Of a stretch of 12,263 nt of DNA, positions 1 through 7,458 are shown one piece after another. The notes beneath the pieces are model-generated. The model searched no databases and was not told the origin of the DNA. It saw nothing but the letters and a program-made list of their open reading frames with translations. A program made the position numbers and the translations under genes. Each line of letters starts with the position of its first letter. The first letter of the stretch is position 1. Source of the stretch: Myxococcota bacterium (GTDB taxonomy: Bacteria; Myxococcota; JACRCW01); the NCBI GenBank assembly GCA_040752415.1, contig JBFMGU010000301.1:1-12263 (forward strand). Direction: 5' to 3'.

Positions 1-60
1 GGCTATCGACGGGCCCTTCATCCGGTTCCCGTCGAGAAATCGCATCGCGTACAAGTGCAG

Positions 61-150
61 GCCCCCCTTCCCCGGCTCGGTGACGACGGAAAAATGGTAC
101 TGGGGAAGGGGGGCGAATGAGCGGAAAGGTCTGAACGGCGGGGGGTTAGG
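61..150 (+). repeat. Potential intrastrand triplex (PIT/BoxC-like) motif: 13-bp inverted repeat plus G/T-rich mirror third strand
   Basis: GCCCCCCTTCCCC (61-73) is the perfect reverse complement of GGGGAAGGGGGGC (102-114). GGGGGGTTAGG (140-150) mirrors the purine strand with T opposite A, giving 10 of 11 compatible triads. Confidence 0.65.
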
Positions 151-184
151 TGTTCGCCGACCTCGCCGTCGAGTCCCACGGTTC

Positions 185-1111
185 CTACCTCGGTGACCGG
201 TACCCCTGCTGCACCAGGTACCCATAGGCGCGGTCGGTGACGTCGGACGCAATGATGTGCAGCCCGCTCTGCACCAGCGCGTACCACAGCGTGTCATCCC
301 CGTTGGCCAGGCCCACGTCGGGAAGACCCAGCGCGTCCGCGTACGCCTTGATGCCCAGCTCCCGCGCGCGACTCACCGCCTCCGTCGCCACCGTCCCGCC
401 CAGGTCCACCTCCGCTTCCACGATCTTCACGTCGAGCAACGCGATCGCGGCGTCCACGTCGGCGGCGGTGGCCACGTTGGGCATCAGCAGCAGCCCGGGC
501 TCCATCTGTCGCAGCGGCACCAGCGACTGCGCATCCCGCTTGTGCACGAAACCCAGCTCCACCCCGTTCTCCGCGCGGATCACCCCCAGCAGCTGCTCCG
601 CCGTCCCGGTCTTCCAGTCGTAATCCACCTGGCAGCCCAGCTCCCGACACAACGCAATCAGGTCCCTCAGCCGCGGCACCTTGTGCGCCTCCGGGCGCGG
701 GTCCTGCTCCGCGCTTGGGTCGTCGTGGTTGTGCACGGTGAGCGCCTGGATCTGCGCCCACGTCATGCTCGCCACCTCGCCGGTGCCGTCGGTGGTCCGG
801 TCCACCGTGTCGTCGTGCATCAGCACCAGCTCGCCGTCAGCGGTGGCGCGGATGTCCGTCTCCAGCACGTCCGCCCCCGCCTCCACCGCGTCCCGGTACG
901 CCGCCAGCGTGTTCTCCGGTGCCCGCGTCCGGAGCCCCCGGTGCGCCGAGATCATCCGCGTCTGGCACCCCGGGTCCACCAGGCACGCCCGGACGTTGAT
1001 CCTGCCCGGCCCCGCGGCGTCGGGCGCATGGCCTGCGTCCGCGGCGGAGCTGCCGCCGTCCGCACATCCCAGCAGGGTCACCACCAGCCCCAGCAGCCAT
1101 TCCCGCGCCAT
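185..1111 (-). CDS. Glycerophosphodiester phosphodiesterase (GDPD family), predicted lipoprotein, 308 aa
   Basis: GDPD motifs ISAHRG, PENTLAAY, LETDI and LVLMHDDTVDRTT. Start placed at ATG 1111 because a GGAGG RBS lies at 1117-1121 and the N-terminus MAREWLLGLVVTLLGC is a lipoprotein signal peptide. Confidence 0.93.
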   Translation of the reverse strand: MAREWLLGLVVTLLGCADGGSSAADAGHAPDAAGPGRINVRACLVDPGCQTRMISAHRGLRTRAPENTLAAYRDAVEAGADVLETDIRATADGELVLMHDDTVDRTTDGTGEVASMTWAQIQALTVHNHDDPSAEQDPRPEAHKVPRLRDLIALCRELGCQVDYDWKTGTAEQLLGVIRAENGVELGFVHKRDAQSLVPLRQMEPGLLLMPNVATAADVDAAIALLDVKIVEAEVDLGGTVATEAVSRARELGIKAYADALGLPDVGLANGDDTLWYALVQSGLHIIASDVTDRAYGYLVQQGYRSPR

Positions 1112-1205
1112 GGTCGCCTCCACGCTTGCCGGCACCGGCCTCATTGGATACACGCGCCCACCCGGTCATGGCCAACCCCACGGCGACAAGACCGGCAGGT
1201 CACGC

Positions 1206-1898
1206 ATGATCAATCTTGTCATTGCCCTCGCCTCAGGTCTGCTGTCCGGGCTCTTGCTCGGCGTGTGGCTCAGCGCGGTGGAAGCCATCATCCCCGCACT
1301 CGTGGTCGCGGTTGCGGCCTACTTCGTCATCAGCCGGCGCACCGCGCGTCGCATTGAAGGCATCCTGCTGGCCGCCCAGAAGGACCTCATGGCCGGCCGC
1401 ATCGAGAAGGCCGTGCAGACCATCGAGTCCGCGCGTCGCTTCGCCCCGTGGCAGTTCTTCGTCGACAAGGCCATCAACAGCCAGCTAGGCACCATCCACT
1501 TCCTGCGCGAGGACTTCAACAAGGCCATGCCGCTGCTGGAGAAGGGCGACCCGCGCCACTGGGTGTCCCGGGCCATGCTCGCGGTCTGCTACTTCAAGAA
1601 GAAGGACTACGCGAAGATGGACCAGGAGTTCGAGAGCGCGGCGCGCTTCTCCGCCAAGCAGGGCCTGCTCTACAGCCTCTGGGCCTGGTGCCACTGGAAG
1701 AATGACGAGAACGACCGCGCCCTCAAGATCCTGGCCCGCGGCGACCAGGCCCTGGAGGGCAAGGATGAGCGCATCAAGCAGAACCTGCTCAACCTCCAGA
1801 ACGGCAAGAAGATGAAGATGAAGGGCTACGCGGAGCAGTGGTACCAGTTCCACCTGGAGAAGATTCCGCAGCCCCGGCCGCAGTTCCGGCACCGCTGA
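1206..1898 (+). CDS. Membrane-anchored TPR-like helical protein of unknown function, 230 aa
   Basis: Two N-terminal hydrophobic segments (MINLVIALASGLLSGLLLGVWL; IIPALVVAVAAYFVI) are followed by TPR-like helix pairs (LGTIHFLREDFNKAMPLLEKG; LAVCYFKKKDYAKMDQEFESA). Codon usage is strongly GC3-biased. The ORF-track extension upstream of 1206 is antisense to the GDPD gene and was not accepted. Confidence 0.8.
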   Translation: MINLVIALASGLLSGLLLGVWLSAVEAIIPALVVAVAAYFVISRRTARRIEGILLAAQKDLMAGRIEKAVQTIESARRFAPWQFFVDKAINSQLGTIHFLREDFNKAMPLLEKGDPRHWVSRAMLAVCYFKKKDYAKMDQEFESAARFSAKQGLLYSLWAWCHWKNDENDRALKILARGDQALEGKDERIKQNLLNLQNGKKMKMKGYAEQWYQFHLEKIPQPRPQFRHR

Positions 1899-1910
1899 CG
1901 ACGGAGGACC

Positions 1911-2921
1911 GTGGTGAAGAAGGTCCTGATGCTGCACACCGGCGGCACGCTGGGGATGAGTGGTCGTCGCCCCACGCCGCTCAAGCCGGACGTCTACACC
2001 CACCAGCTCCTCACCCACGTGCCGGAGCTCAAGAACCTGGCGGACGTGGAAGTCCAGATCCTCTGGAACATGGACAGCTCCAACGTGACCCCGCGTCACT
2101 GGGAGCAGGTGAGCCAGCTCATTGCCGACAAGCACAACGCCTACGACGGATTCGTGGTCATCCACGGGACCGACACCATGGCCTACACCGCCAGCGCGTG
2201 CGCGTTCCGACTGGAGGGCCTGCGCAAGCCCGTCATCTTCACCGGCAGCCAGCGCCCCCTGGGAGAGACCCGCAGCGACGCGCGCAGCAACCTGGTGGGC
2301 GCGGTGGAGCTGGCCACCCAGGACGTGCCGGAGGTGGGGATCTTCTTCAACTCGCGACTGCTGCGCGCGGTGCGCACCGTCAAGAGCGACGTGTGGCAAT
2401 ACGACGCCTTCACCAGCCCCAACTGCGGGCCGCTGGCGGAGGTCGGTGTTGACCTCGTCATCCGCAGCAACGTGCGACAGCCCACGCAGCCCTTTGCCCT
2501 GCGCGGCGCGTTCGAGTCGCGCGTGGCCTGCCTGGAGCTGCACCCCGGCTTCGAGCCCTCCATCCTCGACGCCGTGGTGGGCGCGGGCATGCACGGCATG
2601 GTGCTGCGCGCCTTTGGCAGCGGAAACGTCCCCATCATCGACCACGCGCTCCCGCCCGCCATCCGTCGCGCCGTGGCGCGCAATGTGCCTGTGGTGATCG
2701 TGACCCAGGTGATGCGCGGCGGGGCCGACCTGGCCTTGTACGAGTGCGGCCTGCGTGCCCGCGACGCCGGTGCCATTGACGGCGCGGATCTCACGACGCC
2801 AGCCGCGGTGGTGAAGCTGATGTGGGCCCTGGGAGAGGCGCCGGGCATGGACGCGGTGCGCGCGACGTTTGCCCAGGACCTGCGAGGGGAAGGCGGGCCC
2901 TTGGCATCGCGCCGGAGTTGA
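1911..2921 (+). CDS. ansA: L-asparaginase, type I (cytoplasmic), 336 aa
   Basis: Catalytic motifs HTGGTLGM and HGTDTMAY, plus KPVIFTGSQRP, SDARSNL and FGSGN. No signal peptide. GGAGG RBS at 1903-1907 precedes the GTG start. Confidence 0.92.
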   Translation: MVKKVLMLHTGGTLGMSGRRPTPLKPDVYTHQLLTHVPELKNLADVEVQILWNMDSSNVTPRHWEQVSQLIADKHNAYDGFVVIHGTDTMAYTASACAFRLEGLRKPVIFTGSQRPLGETRSDARSNLVGAVELATQDVPEVGIFFNSRLLRAVRTVKSDVWQYDAFTSPNCGPLAEVGVDLVIRSNVRQPTQPFALRGAFESRVACLELHPGFEPSILDAVVGAGMHGMVLRAFGSGNVPIIDHALPPAIRRAVARNVPVVIVTQVMRGGADLALYECGLRARDAGAIDGADLTTPAAVVKLMWALGEAPGMDAVRATFAQDLRGEGGPLASRRS

Positions 2922-2961
2922 TGCATGTCTCCCCCGTCCTTCTGGTCGACGGGTGCGTGTC

Positions 2962-3444
2962 ATGAAGCTGGTCGTGCGCGGCGTGATGTTGGCAGGCGGT
3001 CTCGTGTTGTCCTCGTGTGAGGCGTGTCAGCCGCGCGAGATTCCGGAAGCGTGCCAGAACAACAACGCCACGCCGTATGACCCGGTGATCTGCCCGCGCA
3101 TCAGCCCCATTGTTCTGCGTCCGCCGCTGCCCGGTGTGGAAGAGACCTTCGCATTCGAGGTCAACAACGAGTCCACCACCGCCGACCTGGAAATCAAGGA
3201 GACCCGCTTCCAGGGCCGCGACACCGCGGTGTTCTACAACCTCAAGCGCGACAAGGACGTGGTCCGCCCCGGCGACCAGGCCGTCATCCAGTTCAACTAC
3301 AAGCAGCAGGACCTGACGGAGAAGCGCGCGGAGCTGGTCATTGTCAGCAACGCCAAGAACTACCCGGAGCTGAAGATCGACGTCGTCATCCGGGAAGGCG
3401 TGATCCGCGACGCGGGCACCACCGACGAAGACGCGGGCCAGTGA
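2962..3444 (+). CDS. Lipoprotein with a probable Ig-like beta-sandwich domain (ASH/DUF1573-like pattern), 160 aa
   Basis: Signal peptide and lipobox MKLVVRGVMLAGGLVLSSC. Beta-rich pattern FEVNN...LEI...VRPGDQAVIQFNY...AELVIVSNAKNYPELKIDV. Acidic DAG tail. The domain call is from pattern resemblance only. Confidence 0.72.
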   Translation: MKLVVRGVMLAGGLVLSSCEACQPREIPEACQNNNATPYDPVICPRISPIVLRPPLPGVEETFAFEVNNESTTADLEIKETRFQGRDTAVFYNLKRDKDVVRPGDQAVIQFNYKQQDLTEKRAELVIVSNAKNYPELKIDVVIREGVIRDAGTTDEDAGQ

Positions 3445-6366
3445 TCAACGCGCCTGTCGCGCCAGGATCTCATCCAGCGGGCTCTGCTTCTGCTGGTTCC
3501 TGACCTGGTCCAGGTAGCGCAACGCCAGCCGCGCGGCGCGCTGGTTCTCGTCGAGAAGCCAGTAGATGCGGGCGCCGTAGTAGAGGACCTCGGGGTGGGT
3601 CTCCACGTAGGCCTGGTTGCTCAGCAGCGGGTCAATGGTGCGACGCGCGCGGTAGCGCCAGTTCCCCCGGTACAGCAGGTACGCGTAGAGCATCCGGTGC
3701 CCGGGTGAGGCGTCCTCCAGGCCTGGAATCCCCTCGAACAGCTGCAACGCGCGCGCGTCATTGCCTTCCACCATGGCCTGGACGGAGCGCAGGTACCGCT
3801 GGTCACCGCTGCGGGCGATCTCCTCGTCGGCGACCGGGACCTCGTCGTCACCTTCCAGCAGGTCAATGGCCGCCAGGATGCGGTCCTTCCCCGCCTCCAG
3901 CTCCCCGCCCTCCCCCACCAGCTGCACCGCGTACGCGCGCGCGTCCTTCATGAGCCCGGCACGCAGCATCACGTCGGCCAGCGCCAGCTTCAGCTCCGCG
4001 GGTTTCCACGTCGGCAGCGGGCGCACGATGCTCTCGACGAGCGGAGGCCGCTTCCCCGCCAACGGCGCCAGGAAGGGCAGCTCCGGTTCCTTGTACGCGT
4101 AGTTGATCAGGTCCACCGGCGCGTGCAGCTCCACGAAGAGGTTGTCGTCGGTGTTGATGGTGGCGCCGCGGGTGAAGTCGCGCAGGCCCTTCTCATCCAT
4201 CAGCACCAGCGCGGCCACGTCCAGAGGCGTGTGCAGGTCCGCGCGGTTGAGCTGGGCGCGCACCTTCGGGTCCTCCCACCGTCGACGCACCAGCGCCTCA
4301 TCCAGCGCAATGGGCGCATTGGAGCCAATGAGCAGCGTGTCATTGCTCTCCGGGTGCGACGCGAACACCACGACGTGCGGGAACGCATCCGCGAACGTGG
4401 CCATCAGCGACTGGATGCGCTCCGGCGCCATCTCGTAGAGCTGCACCCATTGCAGGAAGATTCCGTCGGGGCCCAGGCGGGAGCGGGCCAGGCGCCAGAA
4501 GTCCTGCGTGAAGAGGCTGCTGGCTCCGGTGATCCAGGGGTTGGAGGGCTCGGAGATGATGATGTCGTAGGGGTTGCCGGGGCGGAGGAGGTGGTGGCGT
4601 CCGTCGTCGAAGATGCCTTTGTAGCGGGGATCCTCCCAGGGCCGGTGGTTCACCGCGTAGAAGAACTCCCCGGCTTCCACCACGGCGGGCTCCAGCTCAA
4701 TCATCTCGAGCTCCTTGAGCCCGGAGTGGCTCAGCGCCGCGTCCGACGTCACTCCCGACCCGAACCCGACGATGGCCATGCGCTCCGGGTTGGGATGAAG
4801 CAGCACGGGCAACAGACCGCTGAGCACCTGCGTGGGCATGTCGCCTTCGCTGCTGGCGTCGACCTTTCCGTTCACCTTCAGGCTGATGCGCCCTTCGTTC
4901 TCCTCGACGGTGACCGTGGTGCTCAGGCCGTCCTTGCGGAAGACCACATTGGCGTCGGGAATGCCCTCATCCCAGTACGCGCGCGCCAGGTAGACGCGGA
5001 ATGCGCCCGCGCTCCACCGCGCCACGTCGAAGCCGTCCCATGTGCAGATCAACACCGACGCGCCCAACGCCACCGCCGTCCACACGCGCGAGCGGGAAGC
5101 CAACGTCAACGCCGCGGTACCCAGCAGCAGCACGCTGAGCGCCTGCGCCGCGCGATCCACGCCGAGACCGGGCGCGAGCACGAATCCCGCCGTCGCAGAC
5201 CCGACGATGGAGCCGACGGTGTTGATGGCATACGCACGACCGACGAGGTCGCCGAGGGACTGCTCGTTTCCGTCGGGGGACGCGGCGCGCAGGGCCAGGG
5301 GCAGGATGGCGCCAAAGCCCACCGCGGCGGGGAACATGACCAGCGCGGAGCAGAACAATGCCGCGGACCACATCCACAGGATCGAGAGGTCGGGCCGACG
5401 CGCCACGACGTAGAGGACCTCCGGCAGTCCGTCGATGAGCCACGTACCCGCGAACGCGAGCATCCCCGCCGCCATCAGCGCCATGGCCAACGCACGGGTC
5501 GGGTCCAACCGAGACACCAACTTTGACGACGCCACGCGCGCCCCCACCGCCAATCCGCTCAGGAAGGCGGCAAGCATGAGGCTGAACGCGTGCACGCTGG
5601 AGCCCAGCACCATGGCCAACGAGCGCGTCCACACGACTTCGAGCGCCATGGCCACCGCGCCGCTCATCCCGTAGACCCAGAGGACCTTCAGGTGCGCGCT
5701 CTGCAAGGCGCTGCGTGTCGACGTCGTCGCGGCCACCACCGGCACGGGGCGACCGAGCGAATTCCACCAGGCCACCGCGGCAATACCGACGAGCGCATCC
5801 ACCCCCGCGGCCATCACGTTGGTGAGATGCACGCCCACGGCGGGGAAGAAGGCGAACGTGGCCGCCAGCGTGCCCGCCACCGCGCCGAACGTGTTGGCGG
5901 CGTAGAGTGTGCCCACCTGGTTCGCGCGCTCGTCGGAGTGGCCAGCCATGAGGTCGGCGAGACAGGGCAGCGTGGCGCCCATCAGCGCGGTGGGCACCAG
6001 CAGCACCAGGATGGCGAGGAGGAACCGCAGCAGCGCGGCGAGCGCGGGGCCCTGCTCCACCGGGGAGAGCATGATGTGCAGCTTTCCCACGACGTCGAGC
6101 AGCGTGGGCACCACGAGCGCATACGCGCCAATGCCCAGCTCCATGAGGCCGTAGGCCAACGCGGGATGCAGTCGACGACGGATGATCGGCGCCAACAGGA
6201 AGCTGCCCGCGGCGAGCCCGCCCATGTACGCGGTGAGGACGGCACTGGTGGCCAGCGCGCTTCCGCCGAAGAGATGGTGCAGGCCGCGGCTCCACACCAC
6301 TTCCAGCATGAGCGCCGCGGCGCCGGAGAAGAAGAACGCGCCGGCCAGGACGGGGAGCGAGATCAC
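3445..6366 (-). CDS. Fused multi-pass membrane (MFS-like)/spermidine-synthase-like SAM-binding protein with C-terminal TPR-like helices, about 973 aa
   Basis: Two homologous membrane halves (FSGAAALMLEVVWSR...LYAANTFGAVAG and MSGAVAMALEVVWTR...AYAINTVGSIVG). These are followed by a class I Rossmann domain (LKVNGKVDAS, IVGFGSGVT, IELEPAVVE, DDGR, YDIIISEPSNPW, LFTQDF). GTG start at 6366 is inferred, 10 bp after the upstream stop. Confidence 0.88.
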   Translation of the reverse strand: MISLPVLAGAFFFSGAAALMLEVVWSRGLHHLFGGSALATSAVLTAYMGGLAAGSFLLAPIIRRRLHPALAYGLMELGIGAYALVVPTLLDVVGKLHIMLSPVEQGPALAALLRFLLAILVLLVPTALMGATLPCLADLMAGHSDERANQVGTLYAANTFGAVAGTLAATFAFFPAVGVHLTNVMAAGVDALVGIAAVAWWNSLGRPVPVVAATTSTRSALQSAHLKVLWVYGMSGAVAMALEVVWTRSLAMVLGSSVHAFSLMLAAFLSGLAVGARVASSKLVSRLDPTRALAMALMAAGMLAFAGTWLIDGLPEVLYVVARRPDLSILWMWSAALFCSALVMFPAAVGFGAILPLALRAASPDGNEQSLGDLVGRAYAINTVGSIVGSATAGFVLAPGLGVDRAAQALSVLLLGTAALTLASRSRVWTAVALGASVLICTWDGFDVARWSAGAFRVYLARAYWDEGIPDANVVFRKDGLSTTVTVEENEGRISLKVNGKVDASSEGDMPTQVLSGLLPVLLHPNPERMAIVGFGSGVTSDAALSHSGLKELEMIELEPAVVEAGEFFYAVNHRPWEDPRYKGIFDDGRHHLLRPGNPYDIIISEPSNPWITGASSLFTQDFWRLARSRLGPDGIFLQWVQLYEMAPERIQSLMATFADAFPHVVVFASHPESNDTLLIGSNAPIALDEALVRRRWEDPKVRAQLNRADLHTPLDVAALVLMDEKGLRDFTRGATINTDDNLFVELHAPVDLINYAYKEPELPFLAPLAGKRPPLVESIVRPLPTWKPAELKLALADVMLRAGLMKDARAYAVQLVGEGGELEAGKDRILAAIDLLEGDDEVPVADEEIARSGDQRYLRSVQAMVEGNDARALQLFEGIPGLEDASPGHRMLYAYLLYRGNWRYRARRTIDPLLSNQAYVETHPEVLYYGARIYWLLDENQRAARLALRYLDQVRNQQKQSPLDEILARQAR

Positions 6367-6376
6367 GACGTGGCCT

Positions 6377-6739
6377 TCAGTGCTTCCGCTCGACGGGAGG
6401 GGTGACCATGCGTTCCGCCAGGCGTTCCCGATCCTGCACGTCGCGCAGCAGCTCCTCCTGCTCGGCCCGCGCCCGACGGGGACGTTCCACCAGGCGCTCA
6501 CGCGCGTCGGCCAGCTCCCCGGGATTGAGCACACCCCGGTCCATGAGGACCGCGTTGGTCACGTAGGTGGACTCGTCGGCCTGGGAGATCCGTCGACGCA
6601 GGTGGCGGACCTCGTCCTCCAGCTCGTCCAGGCGGGCGGTGGCGTCGCGCGTCATGACGTGGGCGCGGGCGGCCAGGATGAGCGAGACCACGCCCGTGAG
6701 CACGGCGCCGCCGGCCAGGAGGATGAGCGTCAGGGACAC
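6377..6739 (-). CDS. Small membrane-anchored coiled-coil hypothetical protein, about 120 aa
   Basis: GTG at 6739 opens a hydrophobic helix (LTLILLAGGAVLTGVVSLILAA) followed by a heptad-like segment (RLDELEDEVRHLRRRI). It fills the gap between flanking genes without overlap and ends 10 bp before the next gene. Confidence 0.72.
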   Translation of the reverse strand: MSLTLILLAGGAVLTGVVSLILAARAHVMTRDATARLDELEDEVRHLRRRISQADESTYVTNAVLMDRGVLNPGELADARERLVERPRRARAEQEELLRDVQDRERLAERMVTPPVERKH

Positions 6740-6846
6740 GGCGTCACTCTGCAGAAGGTGGGTGGCAGGAGGCAACCCCGACCCTGGCAGGGACGCGGGC
6801 GGGAGCACTTCGCCCCCGGCGGGGCTTGGGGTAAACAGCGCCCTGC

Positions 6847-7446
6847 ATGCTCACCTCCAGGCTCTCTCCCGTCGCGTTGTTGGCCGCGCTGCTGGTCACG
6901 GTGACCGTCTCCGGCGTGGGTTGTCGCAGCCGGTGCTCCTCGGACGCGGACTGCGTGAAGAACTGCCCCTGCACCGAGACGTCCGAGGACCCCTCGGAAA
7001 CGCGCAACGCCGGCCAGGACTGCGCCGTGGTCCTGCGCTGCGAGAACACGCTGTGTGAAGGAGAGGAAGGCCTGCTGTGCGGCATGCCCGGCGACACCTT
7101 CTGCAGCACGTACGCGGGCAACGGCCTGTGCGGCACCAAGAAGTGCTCCGCTGACAAGGAGTGCCGCAAGACCTGCGAGTGCGCCGCCACCATCACCGTT
7201 GGCGAGCAGCAGCAGCAGTGTTGTTTCCGCCTCCGTCGGACGGGGACGTGCCTGGAGGAGTTCAAAGCGTGTGACTCCGACTACGCCCGCCCGTGCGAGG
7301 AGGTCTGTCGCGAGCAGAACCTTGGCCAGGTGACGCAGTGCTCGGACGTCTGTACCAACCTGGACACCCAGGCCGGCGACGAGAACTTTTGCAGCAACAC
7401 CACCTGTCCCAGCACCGGCCTCCTCCCGGCTGCACCGGGCCAATAA
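6847..7446 (+). CDS. Cysteine-rich lipoprotein of unknown function, 199 aa, 25 Cys
   Basis: Signal peptide ends in the lipobox-like GVGC (Cys26) and is followed by 24 further Cys. An internal duplicated C-x5-C-x3-C-x-C motif is present. Codon usage is GC3-biased, and the stop lies 12 bp before hutH. Confidence 0.82.
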   Translation: MLTSRLSPVALLAALLVTVTVSGVGCRSRCSSDADCVKNCPCTETSEDPSETRNAGQDCAVVLRCENTLCEGEEGLLCGMPGDTFCSTYAGNGLCGTKKCSADKECRKTCECAATITVGEQQQQCCFRLRRTGTCLEEFKACDSDYARPCEEVCREQNLGQVTQCSDVCTNLDTQAGDENFCSNTTCPSTGLLPAAPGQ

Positions 7447-7458
7447 GGCAGCACCGAC

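Noticed and set aside
257..1357. 366-aa + strand ORF, and the upstream part of ORF 681-1898
   Set aside because: Both are antisense shadows of the GDPD gene, with Arg/His-rich or Ser-rich composition typical of off-frames in high-GC DNA.
2932..2953. CCCGTC/GACGGG hairpin after ansA as a terminator
   Set aside because: Only 6 bp with a 10-nt loop and no U-tract; expected by chance at this GC content.
1485..2963. 492-aa - strand ORF
   Set aside because: Antisense to the TPR gene and ansA, with no motifs; a codon-bias artefact.
4123..6405. Long alternative ORFs (467, 442 and 271 aa) over the fused transferase gene
   Set aside because: They fully overlap a well-supported gene, are low-complexity and show no domain signal.
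6934..6972. Cys motif as a radical-SAM, heme-c or RiPP precursor signature
   Set aside because: The spacing is C-x3-C-x-C rather than CxxxCxxC, there is no CxxCH, the protein is exported, and no modifying enzymes are nearby.
7207..7218. (CAG)4 encoding QQQQ as a phase-variable tract
   Set aside because: Too short and in-frame, so slippage would not switch expression.
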